From contig JBLFXY010000001.1 in assembly GCA_047611645.1 (NCBI GenBank), forward strand, positions 1-58,088: 58,088 nt of DNA, given 5' to 3'. The DNA comes from Glaciecola sp. (lineage in GTDB: Bacteria > Planctomycetota > UBA1135 > GCA-002686595). Positions 1-8,859 of the stretch are shown here, piece by piece. A model generated the notes under the pieces. The model was given only the letters and a program-made list of their open reading frames with translations, did no database searches and was not told the origin of the DNA. The first letter of the stretch is position 1; each line of letters starts with the position of its first letter. Both the position numbers and the translations under genes were made by a program.

Positions 1-253
1 TAGTCACATCTTGCGCTTTCACAGCCCCTTCGCACCGCCCAGCCTCTCTCACTTCGCCCCCGATCTCTTACAATCGGCACCATGCTCGCTGCTCCTCCCC
101 GCCCCTTCCTCTAAACAGCCCCTTTGGAACTCCTATCCACCCGTGCCCACGTTGCGGTTGTTCCTGGCAAAGAAAACACACTAAGCCTAAGGCGGGTGAC
201 TCTACTTCACCTGGAACAGTTCCCTTGACGCCTAAAGCTGGCGGAGGTCCGGT

Positions 254-525
254 ATGAGCACGATTGCTTTCCATTATTGCAACGGTCCTGAATTGATGAG
301 CGGTGATGTGGTCCTGATCAATGGAACTGAAGTCGCGCGTGTTGCCAAGATCCTTTCTCCAGGAACACAAGAAGCAAAGAGTTACTCATGTGAAGAGGAG
401 GGGGGTTCTTGCTGAAGTTTAAAAATGGGGATGCCCAGGTCTGGCATGATGCCGATGAAGACATTGCTCTTGTTGAACGTTCTGCGCATAGGAATGGCCA
501 TGAAGGTACTGAACCTTCAATTTAA
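254..525 (+). pseudogene. small hypothetical ORF (about 90 codons), readable only across a 1-nt indel in the G6 run at 400-405
   Basis: ATG at 254 gives MSTIAFHYCNGPELMSGDVVLINGTEVARVAKILSPGTQEAKSYSCEEEGG and then stops. The neighbouring frame continues FLLKFKNGDAQVWHDADEDIALVERSA... to TAA at 523-525. It sits in a lower-GC patch and no family is recognised. Confidence 0.3.
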
Positions 526-652
526 CGTGTAGAGAGCGCGGGCAGTCGGCCTCCATTTGGCGGTCCATTCCTTATGTGGGTCGGATTGATTAAGCTGTGG
601 TAATCACCTGAGAGTTGAGCTCAATCGAGCTCAACCCTTATCCGTTCCACGC

Positions 653-700
653 GGTCCTTTTGTATCGCCGATAGGCGACAGGGGGTCTGACGCTGTATGC
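653..700 (-). repeat. about 48-nt repeat element, copy A, lying just 3' of the minus-strand peptidase gene
   Basis: The reverse complement (gcatacagcgtcagaccccctgtcgcctatcggcgatacaaaaggacc) matches 8847-8894 at about 39 of 48 positions by hand alignment. Confidence 0.7.
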
Positions 701-719
701 ATTGAACCTCGTACCGGCG

Positions 720-1664
720 CTAGTTGGCATGGGTCAAAGCATGCTCCAGCGCGGCTTGCACGGCGGCTATTTGGGCCGCATTACAGATCTCCGCGGTGAC
801 CTTGGGACTATCAGGATAGACCTCCGTCGTGCTGGTGAATCGAGCCGTGGTGACGCTAGTGCACAGGCCAAGCGCCGCGCAGGGATAGTTGATTACGCCG
901 TGCTGCGTCACCTTCGATCCGATGATCTCGCCGTTGGCATCGGGCGGGGCGATGTGGCTGATTCGTTCCACCCCCGCAACGATAGCGGCCTGAAACGCAT
1001 CCTGCGGATTCTCGCTGTCTCCTACCGTGTAGAAACCATCGGGGATCAATCCGGGTTCGGAGACCGCGCCGTCGCGCGCGGCGAGGGCGGGACGAAACTC
1101 GTTCTCGTCGCTATCGGTCGTTTCGTGCAGGTCGATGTGGACAAGGAATTCTACGCCGAGGTCCGCGACCAGTTTGATGAGCGCAGCCGATTCTTCGGCC
1201 GGGCTGTTGGCAATGAAGGAACGATTGGGATCTACGGCGTCAGGGTTCCAACGATTGATCACCTCGTAACCCCAAGGGCTGACGCAAGGCGCGATCACCA
1301 GGTTGATTCGATCCGTGTAGGCCGCAGCATGGTTCTTGAGGAAGGCTAGAGCGCCTTGCACGCCGCTGGTCTCGTAGCCATGAACGCCACCTGTGATGAG
1401 AGCCCAGGGCGCGCCGGTCGTCGGGCGTGCGCTCTTGGCCACCAGGAGCGGGTAGCGGTCGGGGTCGATAGACAGGGCGCCGTACTGTTCCACCTCGAAC
1501 GGCAGATCGAGGTTCTCCAGCTTGCTCAGCACTTCATCTCGGTAGCTACGCTCGACAGAACGGCTCTCGTACCATTCGATTTTCTCAGGATCACTCCAGG
1601 GGATGCCTGGGGTTCCGATGGGGTAGAAGCGTTCTTGGGGGCTTGGATTAGCTTGATCGGACAT
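720..1664 (-). CDS. M14-family zinc carboxypeptidase-like protein (succinylglutamate desuccinylase / DUF2817-like)
   Basis: Zinc-ligand-like motifs GGVHGYETSG and HIDLHETT with M14-like spacing. The ORF runs to 1697, but ATG 1664 (MSDQANPS...) is the likelier start. Confidence 0.65.
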   Translation of the reverse strand: MSDQANPSPQERFYPIGTPGIPWSDPEKIEWYESRSVERSYRDEVLSKLENLDLPFEVEQYGALSIDPDRYPLLVAKSARPTTGAPWALITGGVHGYETSGVQGALAFLKNHAAAYTDRINLVIAPCVSPWGYEVINRWNPDAVDPNRSFIANSPAEESAALIKLVADLGVEFLVHIDLHETTDSDENEFRPALAARDGAVSEPGLIPDGFYTVGDSENPQDAFQAAIVAGVERISHIAPPDANGEIIGSKVTQHGVINYPCAALGLCTSVTTARFTSTTEVYPDSPKVTAEICNAAQIAAVQAALEHALTHAN

Positions 1665-1882
1665 GCGGTGATCGTAGCAGATACGGAGTGGGGACAAAAT
1701 CCGGCAGCATATGCGAGCGGGGCACTGAAATTACAGTCCCCCGCTCGCATGTGCCTCCGGACTTTGTCACCACTCCGTATCACACAAAGGCTGTATCGAC
1801 CCCCTACCGCCTGTAGCAATCACAATAGAGTGGTTCTGGCCACAAATGGACAAGAACAAACACATCTGATCGTTCTGCTTCG

Positions 1883-2581
1883 TTGGCCACCAGTGGAGAC
1901 GATGATCGGTGTCACATTTTGGGCTGGTCTGCCCTGCTCTTAATCGCGCTCTTAGATAGTGTGAACCCATCGGCTTTAATCGTCACCCTGATGCTGCTTG
2001 CGCGGCCGAAGGGTGCGAGTGCTGTTCTGCCCTACGTACTCGGGATATTTGTCACCTACTTCGCGATGGGCCTCGCACTAGTGAGCGGGTTCGATTTCGA
2101 GGGAGATGCGCTGGAGCGGGCGCTTGAGCATCCGATCGCACTAGTGGCTGAGCTGTTGATTGGACTTACCTTGCTCGTCGTCACGTGGAGGGCTCCCAAG
2201 CAGTCGCAGGTCGCGGAACGCCAGCGAACGCTCGGGCGGAAGTCGCTCGCTGGACTCTTCCTCCTCGGCGCGACCGCGACCGCTACCGAGCTGCCCACGG
2301 CGCTTCCTTACCTGGCTGCGACGGGCCTCATGGGTACGTCAGATCTCGGCAGGCTGGATGTGCTCGTGCAGCTGGCTGTTTACTGCACGATATTCGTATC
2401 GCCTCCTCTCCTGCTTGCGGCCGTACAGGCCCTGCTTGGGGGACGCGCTGGCCCACGTTACGAGCGGCTCCGCAAATGGCTTTACCGCACGGCACGTGAG
2501 ACGTTGCTATGGCTAGTCGGAATCCTCGGCTTCTTCCTCGCTGTCCATGGGGCCGTGGAGCTCGGCAGCTTGCTGGACTGA
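1883..2581 (+). CDS. GAP-family (Sap-like) polytopic membrane protein
   Basis: Multi-TM ORF with the LLIALLDSVNPSALIV motif typical of GAP/LysE-like membrane proteins. The start codon is uncertain (TTG at 1883 or a later one). Confidence 0.5.
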   Translation: MATSGDDDRCHILGWSALLLIALLDSVNPSALIVTLMLLARPKGASAVLPYVLGIFVTYFAMGLALVSGFDFEGDALERALEHPIALVAELLIGLTLLVVTWRAPKQSQVAERQRTLGRKSLAGLFLLGATATATELPTALPYLAATGLMGTSDLGRLDVLVQLAVYCTIFVSPPLLLAAVQALLGGRAGPRYERLRKWLYRTARETLLWLVGILGFFLAVHGAVELGSLLD

Positions 2582-2651
2582 AAAGCGGTTTGGAGTGCAG
2601 CCATCTTTCACCACAGAGATACGGCTCCTTACCGTCGACTAGGCCTGGATC

Positions 2652-3908
2652 TCAGTGCACGAGTAGCCGTCCCACACGGCCGATGGCGGCCAGCACTGAG
2701 TCGATCGGTGCCGCTGCGTAGCAGAGGCGCATGAAGCCAGGCTCCGCGATACGACAGGCAGAACCGGGTGTGATGTTGACGTTGACTTCATTCAGAATCT
2801 TGCTCCAAAGGGCGTGTTCGGCACCCCAGGTCGCGTCGGTGAGAAAGCCGCGCATGTCGCACAGGACGAAGATACCGGCCTGCGCAGCGATCGTTGGAAT
2901 TCCCGCTGCGTGCAATGCAGCGGTCACGCGCGCGTAGGTCGAACCGAGGGACTCCCGCAGCTCGGCGCAGAACTCGTCGACCCAAGGTTCGTCGGAGATC
3001 ATGTGCCCGAGGATCCACTGGGTGTGGCCAGACACAGCGCCCCAGTAGGCCAGTCCGTTCACCGCGGCGAGCAACGCTTGGTTCTCGCTGACCAGCACGC
3101 CGCAGCGCAGTCCGCTCGCGCCGAAATCTTTGCTGAACGCCCAGACGATGTGCACGTGCTCGCCCAGCGTTGGGCGCACCGCAGCGACGCTCGTGAAGGG
3201 CGTATCGCCAAAGACGGACAGCGCGTAAATCTCGTCAAAGACCACGTGGATGCCGTGGATTTCGGCCCAGCGCAGCACGCTTTCTATTTGCTGTGCGGAA
3301 GCGACGCTGCCCCGAGGATTATCGGGGTTGGTGAAGAGCAGCGCTTTCACGGGCCGATCCGCTGCCGCGAGCGCCTCGTCGAGGCGCTCGGTTGTGAGCT
3401 CGAACCCCTCGTCGCTCCTACCGTGTACGGGAATGATGTGCAGGTCATTGCGCGTCTCCAGGTCGGTCCAGAACCCCGCGTAACTGGGTGTGGGAACTAG
3501 CACTGCGTCTCCGGGGTCGCCCAGCGCGTAGAACACGTGCTCCAGCACGGTGCCCGCACCCGCGAGCACGGCAATCTGATCGGCGTCGAAGCGTCGGCCC
3601 AGGAACGTACGCTCCATAAACGAGGAGAGCTCGTCACGAAATCCTTCGGCGCCGACCATGGCGTCGTAGCCAAGCACACGAGCGGGCGCTTGCGGCGCCG
3701 CGTCGAGACGCTCGATGACCCGATGCTTAAGGAGACTGTTCTCTGCGATACAAAGCGGCACGTACTCCAGGGAGCCGTCAAGACTCCCGGCGCCCTTCTG
3801 ACTTTGACTCACACGAGAAAAGTGCTCGACGATGTAGTCCGCCATCGGCGACTCGGCAGCGAGCTTCGCGCCCCTGAGTGAGAGGTTCGACCGGGAGGGT
3901 GTTTCCAT
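2652..3908 (-). CDS. class I/II PLP-dependent aminotransferase, ACC-synthase-like subgroup
   Basis: SKDFGASGLRCG PLP-lysine motif, NPDNPRG, and the overall fold-type I pattern. ATG at 3908 (METPSRS...) is preferred over the 4076 ORF start, which runs into IS-flanking sequence. Confidence 0.8.
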   Translation of the reverse strand: METPSRSNLSLRGAKLAAESPMADYIVEHFSRVSQSQKGAGSLDGSLEYVPLCIAENSLLKHRVIERLDAAPQAPARVLGYDAMVGAEGFRDELSSFMERTFLGRRFDADQIAVLAGAGTVLEHVFYALGDPGDAVLVPTPSYAGFWTDLETRNDLHIIPVHGRSDEGFELTTERLDEALAAADRPVKALLFTNPDNPRGSVASAQQIESVLRWAEIHGIHVVFDEIYALSVFGDTPFTSVAAVRPTLGEHVHIVWAFSKDFGASGLRCGVLVSENQALLAAVNGLAYWGAVSGHTQWILGHMISDEPWVDEFCAELRESLGSTYARVTAALHAAGIPTIAAQAGIFVLCDMRGFLTDATWGAEHALWSKILNEVNVNITPGSACRIAEPGFMRLCYAAAPIDSVLAAIGRVGRLLVH

Positions 3909-4043
3909 GCCCGGACGATAGCAGCAACGTCTTACACCCGGAACCCCCGCTGATACCGAATCGGCGCTGATAACCGAGCGGCGCGCACCACGTGCATACA
4001 GCGTTAGACCCTGGCACTTTATTGCGCAGAAATGTTGGCAAGG

Positions 4044-4386
4044 TTCCTGACACCGTATTCCTGACACCGTATTCAATGGCGTGCAACGGTCACTAAGAAT
4101 GGCGCCTTGGCTTTCTCCGCCAAGTCGCCGGACAAGTTAGAAAGCGAAGAAGTTCGCAAGCTCCGCCGCGAGCTGAAGATTGCTCGGGAGTGCTGGGACA
4201 TGCTAGCAGTCAATCCTTTCTGGGCCTCTGGGCTTCTTCGCTAAGCCAAAGGAATGAGGTTCCGGTTCATCCACGAGCACCTCGGTGAGTTTCAGCTGGG
4301 AATCATGTACCGCGTTCTGGAAGTGACTCGAGGTGGGTACCACTCGTGGCGGACCCGAGAGAAAGGACCTCGAAGCCTTGAGGAAG
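4044..4386 (+). mobile_element. IS3-family remnant: left end, degraded OrfA C-terminus and the first ~40 codons of OrfB
   Basis: Contains ...LESEEVRKLRRELKIARE..., ILSGPLGFFAKPKE* and then MRFRFIHEHLGEFQLGIMYRVLEVTRGGYHSWRTRE, the typical IS3 OrfA end and OrfB start. It is truncated by the IS66 left end at 4387. A 14-bp tandem duplication, ttcctgacaccgta x2, lies at 4044-4071. Confidence 0.6.
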
Positions 4387-4453
4387 GTTAGCGTCCGGTC
4401 ACCCATTGAGGACCCCCTTGGCCTGCGGGTGAGGGCATGGTCCTATCGTCGCC

Positions 4454-4798
4454 ATGAACCATACAACAGACGAGCGGCCAAAGAGGCGCAGTGAACTTGC
4501 AGCGTGGTAGCAGAGTAAACTCGAGGCCCATGCGGAGAGCGGGCTTAGTTTGCGGGCATTCTCGGAAGAGCATGGGATTCCTCTACCGAGTCTGTATGCC
4601 TGGCGGCGCAAGTTGAGTTTAGCCAGGGAGGGACCGGGTCCTGGCTTCATTGAAGTCGCCGTGCAACCCAATCCTAAATGCGATAGAGCATCAGCGGAGT
4701 ACCGCCTTAGTCTTGGCTCCGGAGCCACACTTGAACTTGCACGCGGCTTTGACCCGGATGAAGTCGGGACCCTGTTGAAGCTCCTTCAATCGTGTTGA
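4454..4798 (+). pseudogene. tnpA: IS66 tnpA (orf1) with an in-frame TAG
   Basis: MNHTTDERPKRRSELAAW-TAG(4508-4510)-QSKLEAHAESGLSLRAFSEEHGIPLPSLYAWRRKL..., all in one frame. Confidence 0.75.
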
Positions 4799-5274
4799 GC
4801 TTCCCTGGCCGGCGCGTTTTCTTGGCCACAGGTCCGACCGACATGCGAAAGTCCTTCAACGGGCTTTCGGGCATCGGGCGCAACGACATGAAGGGGGATC
4901 CCGTGCGGGGAGACCTCTTTGTATTCTGCAATCGTCTGCGCAACAGACTAAAGGTGTTGGTGTATGACGATTCGGGCGCGTGGGTATTGGCCAAGCGCTT
5001 GGAGCAAGGCACGATTAACGGGCCGCGCCTAACGGGTGCAGAGCGTCGATTGGAGTACAGCGAAGAGCGGCTGACGCTGTTGCTTGGAGGCTTGGACGCG
5101 GAAGACTTAAGCGCACGGAAATGGCCGCGTCGCAAGGATGAGTCACCACCGGTAATCGCCAAGCGAATATTGCACTTCGCGATCAGCAAGCCAGACGGTG
5201 TGCATGCCTCTGGTCGCCGACCTCCACAAAGAACTTGTTACGCAAAAGGCTCGCAATGCGGAGTTAGAGGCTGA
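4792..5274 (+). CDS. tnpB: IS66 tnpB (orf2)
   Basis: VFLATGPTDMRKSFNGLSGI...GDLFVFCNRLRNRLKVLVYDDSGAWVLAKRLEQG is the IS66 Orf2 signature. The GTG start overlaps the tnpA stop. The C-terminal tail beyond about codon 116 may be read-through. Confidence 0.75.
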   Translation: MLSFPGRRVFLATGPTDMRKSFNGLSGIGRNDMKGDPVRGDLFVFCNRLRNRLKVLVYDDSGAWVLAKRLEQGTINGPRLTGAERRLEYSEERLTLLLGGLDAEDLSARKWPRRKDESPPVIAKRILHFAISKPDGVHASGRRPPQRTCYAKGSQCGVRG

Positions 5275-6750
5275 AATCGTGCCGTTGCGAAAAGACGTGG
5301 CGTTATTGCAAGGATGCCCTGGATCGCATCCTTGCAAGCAAGACCAAGCGCGCTGAGCATGACCCTGCACAACCCGCGCTGCCTTTCCTTGGTGACGAAC
5401 TTGAATTGGAAGTCCCCGAGCACCTGAACGAAGCCAGTGACGGGGAAACAGCGGAAGACGTCATCAAGAAGCGCAACCGGCCTAAGAAAACTTCGAAGCG
5501 CATCGATACGTCCAACCTCAAGCGCGAGGATGTGATACACGAACTACCGCCCGAAGATCGTGTTTGCCCGGATACAGGTGTCCAGCTTGTCCCCATCAGC
5601 GAGACCGTCTCTGAGGAGCTCGTGTACACCAACGCGGAGTATTTCATCAGGAACCACAGGACGATCATTTACGGCCCCAGTCCTGAGGTCGCAAAGGATC
5701 GGCAAATCGCGACACGAACTGCGCCATTGCCGGTGCGCCCATTAGACAACTATTTGGCAAGTGCGAGCTTTCTTGCTTGGCTGCTGACGAGCAAGTATCG
5801 GTGTCATTTCCCGCTGTACCGCCTGGAATCGATCCTGGCAGACCGCGGATTGATGATTCCCCGAGCGCGACTTTGCGATTGGGTGCTTTCGGCAGCCTTC
5901 CTGCTGAAGCCCATCGCAGATGCAATGTTAGACGCGATTCGAGCAGGGCCGATTACGCAGCTGGACGATACACCAGTGAGCTGCCAAGGTGAAAAAGGCC
6001 AAGGCCTGTTTGAAGCTCGCTTGTGGGCGTATATCAATCCCGAAGTGGAGGGGGGTGGGCTATGCCTTCACTTCCGGTCGGGGAGGAAAGGACGCTGCGC
6101 AAATCATTGCGGGGTCCAGCGGCTACTTGGTGGGCGATGGTCTAGCGGCGCAGAAAAAGGCTGCCAGCGAAGCTGGCGACTTGAAGTCGTGCGGCTGCTG
6201 GGCGCATGCATTCCGATACTTCCGTGACTCGGTCGACGAGGATCGGGAGCGGATAACGTGCATGCTCTAACTGATGGGCCGCCTGTTTAACTTGGAAGAA
6301 GAAGCGGAAAAAGAAAACATCCCTTGGACCGAAAGGCATGACAGGCGCCAAACGGAAAACCCCGAAACCCTGAGAGCTATCTTCGCAGAGATCGGAGCCT
6401 AGCAAACCGATCCCAGCCGAGACGCCTCAAGTGGAATGGGCAAGGCCTTCACCTACCTGAACAATCAGTGGGAGACGCTGGTCCAATTCATGGAAGATGG
6501 GCGTATCCCGATCCACAACAATTCTTGTGAACGAGCGATCAGGAGCCTCGCCATCGGGAGGGAAAACTGGCTGTTCGCAGGAAGTGTCCGGGGCAGCGAA
6601 GCTGCAGCGATTCTCTTTACCTTGGTGGAGAGCTGCAAGCTGGCAGGAGTTTCACCCGCAGACTACTTCCACGACGTGCTCATTCGCGTGCGAAGCCAAC
6701 CTCTTGAGCGCATGGCCGAATTGCTACCGGCAGCCTGGTCGAACGAGTAG
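5204..6750 (+). pseudogene. tnpC: IS66 tnpC transposase, disrupted by at least 2 frameshifts and 2 in-frame stops
   Basis: Pieces lie in three frames: MPLVADLHKELVTQKARNAELEAEI... / ...VCPDTGVQLVPISETVSEELVY...YRLESILADRG... / ...GYLVGDGLAAQKK...CGCWAHAFRYFRD...-TAA(6268-6270)-LMGRLFNLEEE...-TAG(6400-6402)-...GKAFTYLNNQWETLVQFMEDGRIPIHNNSCERAIRSLAIGRENWLFAGS. Frameshifts fall near 5310 and in the G6 run at 6050-6055. Confidence 0.85.
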
Positions 6751-6831
6751 GCCCCGAGATTACTCCTTAGCCAAAGATAGGCCCCCAAGGAAGGGGGCAT
6801 TCGATAGGTGACCGGACGCTAACGTATTACC

Positions 6832-7107
6832 CTATCGATTTCGGAGGAAGCCATTGATACATGGACTCCAAAGCCCAGCGGCAAACGTGGCGCGCCCCTC
6901 AAGTTCTCGCGTTAATACCGAGCCGCGTTCGTTGTCACCGTTTTTGACAGGAACGCGGCTCGGTATTCACGATACAAGCAGATATTCGGTGGCAGGCTTC
7001 ACAAACGACTTGCAAAGGCTCAGAAAGTAGAGGGCGTGTTGGCTTGCAAGATCTTGAACCGAATGACTGAACTTGGACTGCCAAAGTCGGTTGCGGTGCC
7101 TGCATGA
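6832..7107 (+). pseudogene. IS5-family transposase remnant: an N-terminal and a C-terminal piece with the centre replaced by a palindromic repeat
   Basis: 6832-6912 reads LSISEEAIDTWTPKPSGKRGAPLKFSR, the typical IS5-group N-terminal EEAI..W...GKRGxP.xYS pattern. 6973-7107 reads YKQIFGGRLHKRLAKAQKVEGVLACKILNRMTELGLPKSVAVPA*, the typical IS5-group C-terminus. Both pieces are in the same frame. The family call rests on memory of these motifs. Confidence 0.55.
6912..6967. repeat. palindromic (hairpin-forming) repeat element, copy 1
   Basis: ttaataccgagccgcgttc-gttgtcaccgtttttgacag-gaacgcggctcggtatt forms a 17-bp perfect outer stem plus an inner tgtca/tgaca stem. The 53 nt at 6912-6964 are identical to 8980-9032. 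Confidence 0.9.
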
Positions 7108-7386
7108 AGCCGGTGGGGTAGGAGCTATGCAAGCTTGCGCTCGATAGATACACCAACGCCCCTTGGTACACGTGCTGGCTAGCTGTGGTCTCACCTACCC
7201 CACCCCCGAGCTTTTTCAGTATCAGGGGGCTGGCTCGGGGACAACTTGCTACGCTCCTTGCCCCCTAGCCTGCCCCCTGGTACTGCAAAACTCCCCTCGG
7301 GAGTGTTACCTATGTCCCCGGACAAAAGTGTTACCTAGGTGCCGGGTTGCACAGTGTGGGCCCGCCGACGAAAGGGGGTGGATGTC

Positions 7387-8820
7387 ATGAGAGTCAAAGC
7401 CAAATCACTGAAGAACCTTGCCGGTTGCGTCTGGCTGGCCGTTGGTCTCGGTCTGTTGATCGCTGGCCTGCGGTTTGTCTTCGGCCTAAACGAACCAAAC
7501 AGCGAGCGTACGCTCGGCGGAATCGCACAGGCCCTCTCCATTGGCGGCGTGATTGGAGTTCTCAAGGGGCGCTACGTGCTATCCCGAACGGCCAAACGCA
7601 ATCTCAAACGAATCAAGAAGCTGCGAGATCCGCGTATCTGGCAGGTCTTCACCCCCACCATGGCGATCTTGATTCTGCTCATGATTGCCCTCGGCCGGGG
7701 CCTCCGTGGTCTCGCTGCGGACGGGTACCTGGGCGGCTATCTCGGCATCGGCGGGCTTTATGTGGGCATCGGCATGGCTTTGGCTGTGGCGTCATTCACG
7801 TACTTCTTGCCCAGTCCGCAACCCTTGCCAACACGTATCGATGGCTTACCTGGAGCCCGTCCGGGGACGCGCGGGCTATTGCTGGTGAATCTGGGCTCCC
7901 CGCAGGCTCCTACGCGCCCAGCTGTGCGAACGTTTCTAAAGCAATTCCTCGGGGACCCGCGAGTCGTAGAAGCGAATCGCGCACTCTGGGCGTTTGTCCT
8001 GAACGTGATCATCCTGCCCTTCCGCTCAGGCAAGTCCGCAAAGATGTACCAAGGCGTTTGGACCGATGAGGGCTCCCCCCTGATAGTGAACTCCAAGGCA
8101 TTGAAGCAAGCTTTAGCGACGCGCCTTGGCGACCGCTATGAAGTGGCCCTCGGCATGCGCTATGGCCAGCCTTCGTTGGATTCAGCCTTGAAGGAGCTAC
8201 GCAATGCCGGCTGCGGAAGCGTCTTGGTGCTGCCACTCTTCCCGCAGTACAGCAATACGACCACAGGCTCGGTCATCGATGAAGTCGTTCGCGTCGCCTT
8301 GTTGGATCGAGATCCCCTGGAGCTCTCCTTCGTCCCTCCCTGCTACGACGACCCCGTTTACATCGAAGCGCTCGGAGCGGTTGCAGAGAATCACCCGAAG
8401 GGTGACTTCACGGTATTCAGCTTCCACGGCATTCCCGAGGCGTACGTAACCGCTGGAGACCCCTACCTTCAACACTGCGGGCGAACGGCATGGCTGCTCG
8501 CGGAACGACTCGGACTGGCTCGGGATGAGTGGGAAATGGTATTCCAGTCGCAGTTTGGATCTGAGCCTTGGTTGCAGCCATACATCGATGAGTTCGTGCC
8601 AAACCTAGCCCAAAAGTACAAACGCGTCCGCGTTATCGCCCCGTCATTCACCGCCGATTGCCTGGAAACTATCGAAGAGATCGGCATCGAGTTGCGAAAA
8701 GACTTTCTAGAAGCCGGTGGCGAAGAGTTGATCGTCGTCCCCGCTCTCAACGCAGACGATGCTTGGGTTGCGGCCATTGACAAGCTGCTGCACAACGCAG
8801 ACAAGACTGCACCTACCTAG
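7387..8820 (+). CDS. hemH: ferrochelatase with an N-terminal ~160-residue four-helix membrane extension
   Basis: From about 7870 onward: LLLVNLGSPQAPTRPAVRTFLKQFLGDPRVVE, LVLPLFPQYSNTTTGS, FSFHGIPE and QSQFG...WLQPY are ferrochelatase hallmarks. Residues 1-160 (from ATG 7387) contain four hydrophobic helices. The reading frame is continuous throughout. Confidence 0.85.
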   Translation: MRVKAKSLKNLAGCVWLAVGLGLLIAGLRFVFGLNEPNSERTLGGIAQALSIGGVIGVLKGRYVLSRTAKRNLKRIKKLRDPRIWQVFTPTMAILILLMIALGRGLRGLAADGYLGGYLGIGGLYVGIGMALAVASFTYFLPSPQPLPTRIDGLPGARPGTRGLLLVNLGSPQAPTRPAVRTFLKQFLGDPRVVEANRALWAFVLNVIILPFRSGKSAKMYQGVWTDEGSPLIVNSKALKQALATRLGDRYEVALGMRYGQPSLDSALKELRNAGCGSVLVLPLFPQYSNTTTGSVIDEVVRVALLDRDPLELSFVPPCYDDPVYIEALGAVAENHPKGDFTVFSFHGIPEAYVTAGDPYLQHCGRTAWLLAERLGLARDEWEMVFQSQFGSEPWLQPYIDEFVPNLAQKYKRVRVIAPSFTADCLETIEEIGIELRKDFLEAGGEELIVVPALNADDAWVAAIDKLLHNADKTAPT

Positions 8821-8859
8821 GGATACAGCGTCGGGATACAGCGTCGGGATACAGCGTCG
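8821..8859 (+). repeat. 13-bp tandem repeat x3 (ggatacagcgtcg) directly after the hemH stop
   Basis: Three perfect units at 8821-8833, 8834-8846 and 8847-8859. The last unit is the start of repeat copy B. Confidence 0.95.

Larger units (their letters stand above)
4387..6823 (+). mobile_element. IS66-family insertion sequence (tnpA-tnpB-tnpC), decayed
   Basis: Perfect 17-bp terminal inverted repeats: gttagcgtccggtcacc at 4387-4403 and ggtgaccggacgctaac at 6807-6823. It has the three-ORF IS66 organisation and a length of 2437 bp. No flanking direct repeat is visible. Confidence 0.9.

Noticed and set aside
68-370. 100-codon minus-strand ORF at the window start
   Set aside because: It has no start context, no motifs and an odd composition. 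A plus-strand small ORF starting at 254 reads more like protein, so this one is not reported as a gene.
614-635. 9-bp perfect hairpin (gttgagctc-aatc-gagctcaac) as a terminator
   Set aside because: There is no U-tract on either strand. It lies between a doubtful small ORF and the peptidase gene, so the support for a terminator call is insufficient.
7112-7204. 11-bp inverted repeat (ggtggggtagg / cctaccccacc) separated by 71 nt, downstream of the IS5-like remnant
   Set aside because: It could be a relic IS end or chance in GC-rich DNA. There is no second copy or associated feature to support a call.
8821-8859. Possible CRISPR-like array
   Set aside because: It has only three contiguous 13-bp units without spacers, so it is a simple tandem repeat. 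No other spaced repeats of 24-40 bp were seen anywhere in the window.
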